Positions 51,116 to 63,853 of a stretch of DNA of 64,000 nt are shown here, one piece after another. Within the stretch, counting starts at the first letter, position 1. Each line of letters opens with the position of its first letter. The stretch is from positions 96,100,001 to 96,164,000 of the forward strand of contig NC_043004.1 of assembly GCF_006345805.1 (NCBI RefSeq), in the 5' to 3' direction. A program made the position numbers and the translations under genes. The notes under the pieces were generated by a model, which worked only from the letters and a program-made list of their open reading frames with translations, was not told the origin of the DNA and ran no database searches. Origin of the DNA: Octopus sinensis. Taxonomy: Eukaryota.

Positions 51116-51359
51116 GTATCACTTAGGTTTTCAAGAGGGGATGACCTCCCTTTGCAAATATCAGAAGGGCACAGAAAGTGTGTCTAAAATCAGCTGGAGA
51201 TGATGATCTCCTGGGGCTAAAAGCTTCAGTAACACCCACCCCCAGTGGCTAGCCACATTGAGATGGCTAGTACACTTTACATTTCAAGATGGTTTTCATG
51301 TTATAACAGGTATCTATTTTGTGGGGTTTAGTGTTATGACCAAATTAATTCTTTGGCCT

Positions 51360-51502
51360 ATTTTGGTACTTATTTCATCGACCATGAAAGGATAAAAGGC
51401 AAAGTCAACCTTGGTGGAATTTGAACTCAGTGCATAAAAACAGATGAAATGCCACAAAGCCCCTCATCCAGCCTGTTAACAATTCTACCAGTTTGTTGCC
51501 TT
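51360..51502 (-). mobile_element. SINE family B, diverged
   Basis: tggtacttatttcatcgaccatgaaaggataaaaggcaaagtcaaccttggtggaatttgaactcag. Confidence 0.8.
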
Positions 51503-51521
51503 AATCATGCATTCATAAAAA

Positions 51522-51852
51522 GAGAAAGGACACTTTTCAGTCATAAATGACCATGGGATGGCACCTAGAAACCTACCCTCCGAGGCACAAGTCCAGATAA
51601 GGTTGTTTATGGAAGACCAGCAGTCGCCCATGCACACCAGCCCCTCCTCTCCATGCCACCAGTATAATCCAAGAGAAAGGCAAAGGCCAATACAGCTTGG
51701 CACCAGTGACATTGCAATTCATTTCTACAGCTGAGTGAACTGGAGCACCAAGAAATAAAGTGTCTTGCTCAAGAACACAACACACAACCTGCTCCAGGAG
51801 TTGAACTCACTACCTCATGATTGTGAGCTCAATGCTCTAACCACTGAGCTAT
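51522..51852 (-). mobile_element. SINE family D (tRNA-derived head plus CORE-like block)
   Basis: Minus strand: tagctcagtggttagagca (A box) ... gagttcaactcc (B box) ... cttgagcaagacact. Confidence 0.8.
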
Positions 51853-52018
51853 TGTGAGTAAATCAGTAAAGTTGCTTCTTCTTTGTACACAAGGGCCTTT
51901 TTTTGACTCATTTCTTTAAAGCTTTTCTCAAATGTTAACGTTGCATATTTGAATGTCTTTTTCTCCTTAACTGGTCCCTCTCCATGTTTTCCAACTCGAC
52001 ATCATAACAATTCTTTCA

Positions 52019-52277
52019 CAGGCATAGGAGTGAATGTGTGGTAAGTAGCTTGCTTGCCAACCACATGGTTCCACGTTCAGTCACACTGCGTGGCACCTTG
52101 AGCAAGTGTCCCCTACAATAGCCTCGGGCTGACCAAAGTTTGTGAGTTGATTTGGTAGATGGAAACTGGAAGAAGCCTGTCATATATATGTATATACATA
52201 TCATCATCATCATCATCATCATCATCGTTTAACGTCCGTTTTCTGCGCTAGCACGGGTTGGACGGATATATGTATAT

Positions 52278-52331
<54 letters not shown>

Positions 52332-52552
52332 CGTGTGTGTATATGTTTGTGTGTCCGTGTTTGTCCCGCCAACATCACTTGATAACCGATGGTGGTGTGT
52401 CACATCACTGTAACGTAGCGGTTTGGCAAAAGAGACTGATAGAATAAGCACTAGGCTTCCAAAGAATAAGCCTTGGGTGTGATTTGCTCGACTAAAAGTG
52501 GTGCTCCAGCATGGCCACAGTCAAATGACTGAAACAAGTAAAAGAGTAAAGA
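52019..52552 (+). mobile_element. SINE family A with a SINE C 3' fragment (52200-52266, minus) inside its microsatellite
   Basis: The two halves of A are separated by (cat)n-gtttaacgtccgttttc..cacgggttggacgg. Confidence 0.85.
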
Positions 52553-52879
52553 ATATGTCTTTTTATATAATCTATCTCTTCAAAGAAAATAGAAATCATT
52601 TGTCATATATTGTAAACAAAAGAAGCAGTCCTGGGTCCATTATCACTCTTTTCCAACCACCTCCACAGCACTATTTCAAGCACCGTTTCTAGTAGTTATG
52701 TCACTGAGACAACTGATGTATGTATTCTTTACTCTCTACAAGGCATTCAATTAATCAATGACTAATATTCAAAACTAATATTGATGCTGGTTACGTCTCT
52801 ATTTCTGGTGTTGATAAAAATCAAGCCTTTTTTTTAGTATCATTGTATAATATCTATTTGAAAATGCATGCCTAGCTCA

Positions 52880-53275
52880 TGATGTCGTCATCATTGTCGT
52901 CGTCGTCATCATCATCATTACCATCATCATCTTCACCACAATCATCATCATCCTCATCATCATCATCACCAACATCAACACCATCATCATCATCATCCTC
53001 ATCTTCATCACCACCACCATCACCATCATCCTCCTCATCATCATCGTCATCATCATCATCCTCATCCCCACCACCATCACCATCATCATCATCACCATCA
53101 CCATCATCATCATCATCATCACCACCACCATCACCATCATCATCATCATCATCATCATCATCATTGTCATCATCATTATCATCATCATCATCTACATCAT
53201 CATCATCCCCACCATCACCACTACTGCTGCCGCTGCTGCCACTCCACACCACTATCATTGTCATCGCTGTCACCA
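52880..53275. repeat. Degenerate (CAT/CAC)n trinucleotide repeat
   Basis: Seen directly. Confidence 0.92.
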
Positions 53276-53784
53276 TAATGTCTACATTTCAATTCTTGCA
53301 TAGGCCAGCTGGAAAATATACTGGGATAGATTTTTCTGCTTTTGGAAAAATCCTTTTGGCAATCTGCATCCGTTTCCAAGAGAAGCAATTAGTTGTTCAG
53401 GAGAATGGACATCGATTACATCCACCCAATTACATGACTGGTACTTATTTTATCAACCTCAAAAAGATGAAAAGCAAAGAGAGATTATATATAATCTCTC
53501 AATCTATCAAACAACAAACAGCCTAGACATGTATACATGCAGAACTGGAAATAGATGACAACAGAGTGATGAGCTTTTCTATATAAGATTGTGTAACATA
53601 TGACATTTCAAGAATCCCAGAAATATTTACATGGTGGACTTCTGGCAAATGAAGCTATTGTTTATAAAGCAGCATGTGAAACAGACAGGTAAACAATGAA
53701 ATATGAACACGCTCTCATGAATACACATACAGACATACACATATGCACACACACACATACATACATACGCATGCATATATATAC

Positions 53785-53876
<92 letters not shown>

Positions 53877-54015
53877 ATATATATATATATACATACATAT
53901 ATACATACATATATACATACATACATATATATATACATACATACATATATATACATACATACATATATTATACATACATACATATATATATACATACATA
54001 TATATATACATACAT

Positions 54016-54049
<34 letters not shown>

Positions 54050-54094
54050 TATATACACATATATATACACATATATATTATGTATGTATATAGA

Positions 54095-54320
54095 TCAAAT
54101 TTACAGAAAACAAAAAACGAAAACAGGTGAAGGAACAACAAGCAGGTGTATAGTTTGATGCTTGGGAACAATGGAACAGTCTTTGACATTTTGAGTCTAG
54201 AGTCTATGCTCTTTGACAGAATGAATTGGAAGGATAAAAAGAGGAGAGAGAACAGCAAAAAAATAATAATAAAATGGAGAAAGAAAAAATGTATAGGGAT
54301 TAATGATTCAACATGAAGAA
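54095..54320 (-). mobile_element. Penelope pLTR family P, diverged; an inverted partial copy lies at 54487-54570
   Basis: aaaacgaaaacaggtgaaggaacaacaagcaggtgtat..ctatgctctttgacagaa. Confidence 0.7.
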
Positions 54321-54770
54321 ATATATATATATGAATTATTTATAGAAGGTTGATTGTTATGGCCAGTCAAGAAACGGCCATTGGTTTTGTTCCTATAAAA
54401 TGCTTAGCTGTATAGGTTACTTGCCAGACTCCTGCCGATGTGTGTGTGTCTGTGTGTGTATACAAGGAGAGAGAGAGAGAGAGATACAAAATGCTAAAGA
54501 TGTTTCCCGTTCTTTCCTGAGTTTTAAACTAATACAACCTGTTTGTTGTTCTTACACCTGTCTTAGATTTTTTCTATATTTCATATAAGTTATGATTATG
54601 AAGTCAAAGCAAATGGTGATATTTTGCAATCTTTAATACATACATATTCTGAAATTTTTTAATACATCCATAAAGTCGGACATTCTTTAGTTAAACCAAA
54701 TCTAAATATGTTGTAAATGATTTCAAAATATTATATCGCTATTTGGCTTGTCTTTATTATTACAACTTAA

Positions 54771-55432
54771 CTCTTTCGTTACCGTATTTATTTTGAGATG
54801 TTCTGTGTTTCTTTCAATTAATTTTAAATACCCTCTCTCTTTTTCTTTTACTCTTTTACTTGTTTCAGTCATTTGACTGCGGCCATGCTGGAGCACCGCC
54901 TTTAATCGAGCAACTCGACCCCGGGACTTATTCTTTTGTAAGCCCAGTACTTATTCTATCGGTCTCTTTTGCTGAACTGCTAAGTAACGGGGACATAAAC
55001 ACACCAGCATCGGTTGTCAAGCAATGCTAGGGGGACAAACACAGACACAAAAACACACACACATACACACATATATATATATACATATATACGACAGGCT
55101 TCTTTCAGTTTCCGTCTACCAAATCCACTCACAAGGCACTGGTCGGCCCGGGGCTATAGCAGAAGACACTTGCCCAAGATGCCATGCAGTGGGACTGAAC
55201 CCTGAACCATGTGGTTGGTTAGCAAGCTACTTACCACACAGCCACTCCTGCGCCTAATATAACAAAAAATATAACAAAACATTTAGTAAAATAACTTAGT
55301 TATCATTCAGCTAGTGTTAGTAAGATAGATTGGGACTAAGGTTTGGTGGAAGATTTTAATTAAAAATTTATGAAAACAAGACATTTGTACTCAGAGCCAG
55401 AACCGGTTTCAGCCAGGTTAGTAATGAAAGGG
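54771..55432. mobile_element. TTAA-flanked piggyBac-like MITE containing a SINE A
   Basis: TTAA at 54767-54770 and 55433-55436; TIRs ctctttcgttacc / agtaatgaaaggg. Confidence 0.75.
54845..55255 (-). mobile_element. SINE family A, full length
   Basis: Consensus match. Confidence 0.92.
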
Positions 55433-55568
55433 TTAATGCCCGTACAAACTAACCAGTCCAGACACCACTTATGTGGACAACAGTTTGGAGTAATTTGTTA
55501 CATTTCACTTAAATCAAAACTTTCAGTACTGTGCATCTCTTCTTAGTGTTACATGGAATTTATATATA

Positions 55569-55950
55569 TAGGCGCAGGAGTGGCTGTGTGGTAAGTAGCC
55601 TGCTAACCAACCACATGGTTCCGGATTCAGTCCCACTGCGTGGCATCACAATGCCTTGTGAGTGGATTTGGTAGACGGAAACTGAAAGAAGCCTGTCGTA
55701 TATATGTATATATATACATATGTGTGTGTGTGTTTGTGTGTCTGTTCTGTGTTTGTCCCCCTAGCATTGCTTGACAACCGATGCTGGTGTGTTTACATCC
55801 CCGTCACTTAGCGGTTCGGCAAAAGAGACCGATAGAATAAGTACTGGGCTTACAAAGAATAAGTCCCGGGGTTGATTTGCTCGACTAAAGGCGGTGCTCC
55901 AGCATGGCCGCAGTCAAATGACTGAAACAAGTAAAAGAGTAAAGAGAGTA
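55569..55950 (+). mobile_element. SINE family A with deletion of the CORE-like block
   Basis: gcgtggcatc joined directly to acaatgccttgtg. Confidence 0.92.
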
Positions 55951-56116
55951 ATATATAGGATGACATGCAATGCTTAAGCATATAAAAGAATATATCATCA
56001 TTATCATCGTTTAACGTCCGTTTTCCGTGCCACCGGCATAGGTATCACAACTACAATTTCCATTTGATATTTATTTTGATGCTGATCTACTTGACTCAAT
56101 AGGTCTCAAGAATACG

Positions 56117-56164
<48 letters not shown>

Positions 56165-57371
56165 CCAAATTCAATCACAGAGCCTGGAGCTATAGTAGGA
56201 ACACTTAAACGCCTCCCTGAAGTGCCATGCAATAGGATTGAAACCAAAACCTTGTGGTTGGAAAACGAATATCTTAACCACACAACTAAGCCTATAGTAG
56301 CTGGCAATTAGTATCATTTGGAAGTGTCTCTAGTTTAATATATTTTCATTTTCCTTAATAATAAGATAATAGTTCCTAAATTAATATCAGATATTTTCTA
56401 AGTAGACTTGTCAATAATTAAAATTCATCAGCTACTGAATCTATTTTAAAGTATTTATATTTTGATAACCCCAGTAACGTTCTTATATGATTCTGCTCAT
56501 CTTCAAAAAACATAACCTCTAGGGAAAGATTAACTGGCAATGTTTCATGTACTGATTTGTGACTCAAGATCACGGATATGGGTGATATAAACTGTTGGCT
56601 GCATTGATCTAATACTGGGCATGTAATTATCTCATTGACCCTGGAGGAATAAAAAGCAATTTAGCAGGATTCAAACTGAACTGAATGCCTCTTCAACTTA
56701 ATATAATGGCAATAACTATAATGGAAGATTCTCATAACAAATAAGTAATCTAAGGATCACAACCAAATGTTAGCACTGGATTCAATATAAGCACCATAAA
56801 TTGGATGTCTAATATATATATGCTTCAATATGTACATAAAAATATACATGCATTTATAACATGCATATAAATATACATGCACATAGACATACACACTTTT
56901 ATATATACACACACATGTATACACACATAAAAGATATATATATTTAATATATTGAATTAGACCATAATCACTGGAAAAATATATCCACTGAATTTAAGAG
57001 CTCAATTGTCGAACATGTTGTTAAACTCCAATATATTACTTCTACAACCCAATATCCATAGAAGGAATGAGGTTGCATAGCAACAAATTGGTTAAAATGA
57101 GAAGAAAATATTTAGGAGAATAAAAAGGTTTCAATGATATTCTAAAATTTCATTATTAATCTCTACAGCTGTTTTCATAATTAACATACAAATATTTCCA
57201 TCCATATAATCATTACATAATTAATTTATTAAAAAAAAGGGCATAATTCATTCATTTGAATGAGAAGAATAAGTCATTTCATCAGGGGCTAAAAATCGAA
57301 ATATGAAAACCAAAACACTGTTGCTGTTTGGAAGAAATAAACAAGAGAAGATATATAAAGTTTGTGAAGTA

Positions 57372-57788
57372 AGGAGTGGCTGTGTGGTAAGTAGCTTGCT
57401 AACCAACCACATGGTTCCGGGTTCAGTCCCACTGCGTGGCATCTTGGGCAAGTGTCTTCTGCTATAGCCCCAGGCCGACCAATGCCTTGTGAGTGGATTT
57501 GGTAGACGGAAACTGAAAGAAGCCTGTCGTATATATGTATATATATATATGTATGTGTGTGTATGTGTTTGTGTGTCTGTGTTTGTCCCCCTAGCATTGC
57601 TTGACAACTGATGCTGGTGTGTTTACGTCCCCGTCACTTAGCGGTTCAGCAAAAGAGACCGATAGAATAAGTACTGGGCTTACAAAGAATAAGTCCCGGG
57701 GTCGATTTGCACAACTAAAAAAAAAAAGGCGGTGCTCCAGCATGGCCGCAGTCATATTACTAAAACAAGTAAAAGAGTAAAAGAGTAA
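57372..57788 (+). mobile_element. SINE family A, full length
   Basis: Consensus match. Confidence 0.92.
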
Positions 57789-58365
57789 GCAAAGAAGAAA
57801 AACTATATTACAAAATATTTTGGTAAGACAGGTGGCTGACACACCAAGTCAGTACTCTTAGGTGTAGTGTGTATAAAAGGGAACTGAAAAGATAAAGAAA
57901 GACAGCTATGATAAAGGTGAGAGGTAAAATAAGAAGAAGGGAGAAAGACAATGAAATAAGGGACTGAATATAATTAAAAATATCTAACTAGGTGTTAGGG
58001 ATCTGTAAAGTGGTGCAGAAGTGGAAGGGTTAGGGTAAAAATTCATTCAAACTACAATTAAGGCAGAAGTAGGTAACAAGGTAATGCTATAGTTGGGAGG
58101 TATGTCGTAGGTATGAATTAATGTTAAGTTAAGAATATGAGTTAGATCTCTGAAAAAACAAAAGCAGATTAACAAGCCCAAAATTTATGCAGTTAAAATA
58201 TGTAAACTAGAGATAGAAGTGCATTATAAATGATTAATCTCGTCCATGTCAAAAATACCATTTATTATTATTTTTATTATTATTATTTATTTTGAATCTG
58301 TACATAAGGAAGAATAAGTACACAAATTATTTTTGGAGATATGATTTATTATGAAGTTACTGATA

Positions 58366-58535
58366 TAGGCGCAGGAGTGGCTGTGTGGTAAGTAGCTTGC
58401 TTACCAACCACATGGTTCCGGGTTCAGTCCCACTGCATGGCATGTTGGGAAAGTGTCTTCTACTATAACCTCAAGCTGACCAAAGCCTTGTGAGTGGATT
58501 TGGTAGATGGAAACTGAAAGAAGCCTGTTGTATAT
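58366..58535 (+). mobile_element. SINE family A, 5' half
   Basis: Ends in (TA)n. Confidence 0.88.
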
Positions 58536-58574
58536 ATGTAAATATATATGTGTATATATATATGTATATATATA

Positions 58575-58605
<31 letters not shown>

Positions 58606-58818
58606 CTCAGGATGATCCTTTCTCTAGATTTCACTATATAAGGTTCAAACTACAACATCATGTCTCACAGGCATGTTGTACAATGAGGACATTTTAAAAC
58701 TGCAACATATGATACGGGTGACATCTTCAATGTTAATTGCAGAGTCTGAGTTAGTCACTATATCGAAGTAGTTTACTGACATCCCAGTCCTTTTTGAGCA
58801 TCAAGTATTTTCTTGTTA

Positions 58819-60297
58819 CCATAAAAACCCATGTAAACTGCACACCTGTGTAATTTATGCAATTTATGCAGGTGATTCTCAAGATAAAATTTTTTTTAAA
58901 ATGCTTCTTCTCATGTAAAATTCACATCCAGAAGTTTTCAGAATTGCTGATATAACCAGGGGAAAAGGCTTTAAATTTAGTTGTATTTAGCATAAATTCA
59001 CTTACTTATGATTAAATTTTCTTAAATTTTCATTAAATAAAAATAATTTCTGTTTAAGAGGTATCACATTGAAAGCTATTAAATTACTAAGTCTTTGTGT
59101 TGTTTATAATAAACTTTATTTTACATTTCTTGCCCACAAGGGATTATGTCTGATCTTTAGCATACTGCTGTGTCTTCTAACATCACAATCACAGGAAAGT
59201 TGTTGATAAGAATTACTAAAAAAACAAAGCTGATAAATATGCAGAGGTGTTGAAAATTAAACTTAATTACCAGTAAACATCAACCAACAGAGGAAGGTGA
59301 CCGATCTAACTGATTATGTAAACAGGGTTCTTTTCCACTTATTCTTGTCGGAACCTTCAATACAGAGTATTGAAATTTTAATCCCATTCACACTTATAAA
59401 ATGTCAAGCAAACTTATAAATTTGTCATTACTGTTATTGTCAGAAGTTATTAATCATTTACTGCGAAGGAGAAATTAAATATGTTGAATATGCATTTGAA
59501 TGTGGCAATAGTGCCGATGTTCAAAATTGGCGTAAACAGTATGACAAACTCAAAACTGTGCCTAGTAATAAACAGACCAAAATAAAAACATACAATCAAG
59601 ATTATCCATATAATTACATTTTTTCCAGTCAGGAATATCCATATCATTATGTATGTCAATGGTACTCAATTGTGATACTCCAAGCAACTCCAAGCAATGG
59701 AAAATACAGCCTGGCATGCTTACCTATTTCTTTATTACCCACAAGGGGCTAAACATAGAGGGGACAAACAAGGACAGACATAGGTATTAAGTCGATTACA
59801 TCTACTCCAATACGTAACTGGTACTTAATTTATCGACCCCGAAAGGATGAAAGGTAAAGTCGACCTTGGCGGAATTTGAACTCTCAACGTAACGGCAGAC
59901 GAAATACTGCTAAGCATTTCGCCCGACGTGCTAACGTTTCTGCTAGCTCGCCGCCTTGTTTACCAGCTGGCATGTTTACCAGCATGACCGTCAGATTTCA
60001 AAATGTAGTTAACCATTTAATTGTTTCAGTAAATTTATACAGAAAATTTAAGCATTATACTGTCCAACATAGATAAAAGTCAACTTCATATTTAAGCCAT
60101 TATTTTTCCTGTAAAAACCTATTCTGACATTAAATGAGTCAACTTCTGGTACAAATGTTTATGCTTTGTATATCTTTTTGCAGCAAAAAAAAATTTCCAA
60201 AATTCTGGAAAGGATCTACTCATGTAATTTATGCATCCACAAAAATTTACTTTTATTTTTGCGAAAAAAAGTGCGCAAATTACATGGGTTTTTACGG
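58819..60297 (+). mobile_element. pogo-like DNA transposon deletion derivative
   Basis: 27-bp TIRs ccataaaaacccatgtaaactgcacac / gtgcgcaaattacatgggtttttacgg; subterminal tgtaatttatgca repeats; remnant FTAKEKL..YVEYAFECGNSA..VQNWRKQ (~59455-59540) resembling a Brinker-type DNA-binding domain. Confidence 0.75.
59724..59957 (-). mobile_element. SINE family B, full length, nested in the pogo-like element
   Basis: Consensus match; imperfect TSD ctggcatg(c/t)ttacc. Confidence 0.92.
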
Positions 60298-60871
60298 AAT
60301 TTTCTGCTTTTGTTTTGTAAAAGCATATCTTTCAAAGTTACAGCTAATATCCCAATTGCTAGTCCAACATAAACTACTCTGGTTGTCAATGTGTGTATGT
60401 AAATCTGTCTGTCCATCTGTCTATATGTCTATCTATCTATCTATTAATATATATCATATGTTAAGCTCTTATATATATATAAACGGCGGTGCATCAGCAT
60501 GGCCGCAGCTCTGAGCTGAAACTAGAAAAATATATATATATATGTATGTATGTATGTTTCCATAATATAGACAATAGAATGCTAGGCTAAATGTCTCAAT
60601 ATATTTTGTTTGGTGCATCAATTTTTTGAGTTCAAAAGCTGCCAGGATGAACATAGTCTTTCATCTCTCTGGGGGAAGGTCAATAAAATAAGTGTCTCTA
60701 ATATACTGGTTTTAATTCATTCCGATATAAGTCCTCCTTCAAAACATCTCTTCTTATTAGTTAAAAGAAAATATTAATTTTAAGTGCTTCCATTGCAATA
60801 AAATACGAGCTTGGTTGTTAGAAAAGTGACAGGGGCATTTTTGTATGAGTTTAGTTAGGCCTTTGTGTACG

Positions 60872-60914
<43 letters not shown>

Positions 60915-61094
60915 TTGTGTGTGTGTGTGTGCATGTGTGTGTGTGTGTGTGTGTGTTGTGTATTGTCTCATTCATTCATTCATTCATTTATTTGCATCCC
61001 TTCAGGAAATCTATGTGGAGACTTTTTAGAGTGTTTTTCAGATTTTCAACATAACCTTGATTGGATCTGACAAACAATAGAGTGCTGGGCATCT

Positions 61095-61113
61095 GCAAAG
61101 CAACAACTCTACT

Positions 61114-61181
<68 letters not shown>

Positions 61182-61183
61182 CA

Positions 61184-61216
<33 letters not shown>

Positions 61217-61217
61217 G

Positions 61218-61263
<46 letters not shown>

Positions 61264-61304
61264 TATATATATATATATACATATATATATACATATATAT
61301 ATAC

Positions 61305-61339
<35 letters not shown>

Positions 61340-61475
61340 CATGCACACACACACATATATGTATACACATACATACAGATACATATATATACATATATAC
61401 ATATTTATATACACACACATATATATATATATATGTACATATATATATACATATATACACATACATATACATATG

Positions 61476-61517
<42 letters not shown>

Positions 61518-61600
61518 CACATACATATATATATGCACACACACACACATACACACATATACATATACATGTATGTATGTATATATACATGTTATGTGTA
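61095..61600. repeat. (TA)n/(CA)n tract
   Basis: Seen directly. Confidence 0.92.
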
Positions 61601-61969
61601 TGTGGTCTCTTTTTTCAATATTCTCACAATCTATTCAATATTTATTTCCGCTGGCTTAAGTCTATAAATGTATTTATCTGGAGCCACTGAATAAGACAAA
61701 GAAAGTTAAATTGTTAAGAAGAATGAACCTAAAACTTGAGATTTTTCAGGGTAGGGCAAATGAGAAGTCATTGCATTATTGGCCTTTCCTTAGGTCAGGA
61801 GTAAATGAAAGCAAATCCAAATAGACCTAACTGGGAATCTCTGTCTGGTCTTGCTGAGAGATAAATAATCAACATAATCTGTCAAAAGTGATTCACATAC
61901 TGGAAGATTAATAGCCGCTATAGTTTTGCATCGTTGCTCACCACACTGCATTTGATAAACAACAAAAAC

Positions 61970-62051
61970 AGCAGCAGCGCTAGTAGTAGTAGTAGTAGTA
62001 GTATTAGTATTAGTATTAGTATTAGTAGTAGTAGTATTAGTAGTAGTAGTA

Positions 62052-62082
<31 letters not shown>

Positions 62083-62241
62083 TGTAGTAGTAGTAGTAGC
62101 AGCAGTAGCAGTAGCAGCCACAGCAGTGGCAGCAGCAGCAGTAGTAGTAGTAGTAGTAGCAGCAGTGGCAGTAGTAGTAGTAGTAGTAGTAGCAGCAGCA
62201 GCCACAGCAGTGGCAGCAGCAGTAGTAGTAGTAGTAGTAGT

Positions 62242-62314
<73 letters not shown>

Positions 62315-62325
62315 ATGTAGTGGTA
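61970..62325. repeat. (TAG)n/(CAG)n compound trinucleotide repeat with a duplicated gcagccacagcagtggca unit
   Basis: Seen directly. Confidence 0.92.
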
Positions 62326-62699
62326 GTTGGTTTTTCTGTTTTTTTGGTGGGCTTGGGATCTCGTTAAATTTCTTGCAACCACTTGAAATATTGCAAATTT
62401 TCTCCACATAATTTTCAGACAAATGTTGTTTTGCATGCTAAAGACAACCGGCTAAAATTATGTAACTTTAAATACTTGTAATATGTTTCTTTATTGAAAA
62501 TAAAAAAATAAAAAATGAATGCAATTTTCACCATCAGCAGGCAAAACTACTACATCAAAACTATAATTTTTTGAAAATAATGTGATGAAAATTTAAAATT
62601 CTTTAAGTGCCTGGGAGAAATTTTACAGGAGAATTTTCCCTTTCATTCCCTTATAAAATTTTGTTGTATCTTCAAATGGTAATTTAATATCAAAGACAT

Positions 62700-62781
62700 A
62701 AGACGGTAGTGAGCTGGCATAAACATTAGCACGCTGGGTGAAACGCTTAGTGGTATTTCGTCTGTCTGAGATAAGATGGAT

Positions 62782-62853
<72 letters not shown>

Positions 62854-62855
62854 AA
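62700..62855 (+). mobile_element. SINE family B head followed by (GATA)n
   Basis: gagctggcataaacattagcacgctgggtgaaacgcttagtggtatttcgtctgtc. Confidence 0.75.
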
Positions 62856-63853
62856 GACAGATGCTGTCTCCTGTGGTATTAGTCACCCAGGTTCCGTAAA
62901 TGATACCACTTAGGTTTGTTTTATATTTTTATGTTTACAAAATGTGCATTTTTTAAAGGAAGTAAAAATTGGCTATAATAACGTAGTCTTTCAGTCTCAT
63001 TGCTAGGAAGGTATGATGTTGTGAGGGAAAAATTGGAGGGTATATTTACAGAGGTTTAAAGATCAGAAAAACTCTGTATTTTCAGCCAATAACGAGACAG
63101 ATTTTTTTTGTGGTTAGTGGAGTGGTGTCAACTTTAAGGTTGTACCCTGTGAAATTTATAGTTTAGCATCTGTGACATGACCTGTTCATTGTTGGTTTCT
63201 AAATAAACAGAAATACTTAATAAAATCAAAATGTATCATCCTACTGTTTCTTTTGCCACCTCATTGTTTGTATGTTTTATTATTTTTTAAAATTTGTTAT
63301 ATTAATATATAATATATTAATGTGTTTACTTTATGCATATTTCAGTATCATGTATACCTATCATGTATTTGTGTACATCATTAATACATAAGTGCATGTG
63401 GGTGTATGTATTCATATATAAGCTTATATGTACAGTTATGCATTCATGTGTGTATGTATATGCGTGTGTGAAGGGGGCATCTGTCTCTAAAACTCCAAAG
63501 CTGAGTAACGTTTTCATGCTTGGATTTGTAAACTCTGATGAGAATAACACTGGTCAACAAAGAATTTGTCCCAAGAAAAAGAATACCTCTATCTTATATG
63601 TTTTTCATGCAGAATTCAAAAATAATGTCAAATTATCTGTATCACCCACAGTTTCTCTCTTCCACAATATCCCTCTCAGTTCCTATTACATGTGCTAAAT
63701 TTCAGTTAAGCTGTTGAAATGTGAAGCTAACGGTTTAAGAAATGCACCTAGTTTAAATTTTTCTGAATAGAATTAACCTAGTGAAATCATAAATCCAGAA
63801 ATTAGCATGTGTGTATGTATAGATAGATAGACAGAGAGACAAATGGACAGCCA

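Larger units (their letters stand above)
50723..51280. mobile_element. Non-coding inverted-pLTR Penelope-like/retrozyme cassette with two HHRs and a TSD
   Basis: Arms 50770-50992 and 51058-51280 (223 bp, few mismatches); 65-bp spacer; 47-bp one-sided extension; TSD catttcaagatgg at 50710-50722 and 51280-51292. Confidence 0.9.

Noticed and set aside
51780-51852. tRNA-like sequence on the minus strand
   Set aside because: A/B boxes are present, but the acceptor and anticodon stems are poor and it continues into a SINE body, so it is a SINE head
52872-53526. Poly-Asp / poly-Ser / poly-Met ORFs resembling an acidic protein
   Set aside because: Degenerate (CAT)n repeat open in multiple frames, with no domain or splice support
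61790-62436. Poly-Y/C/T/A ORFs
   Set aside because: (TAG/CAG)n repeat; the unique flanking peptide is not recognisable
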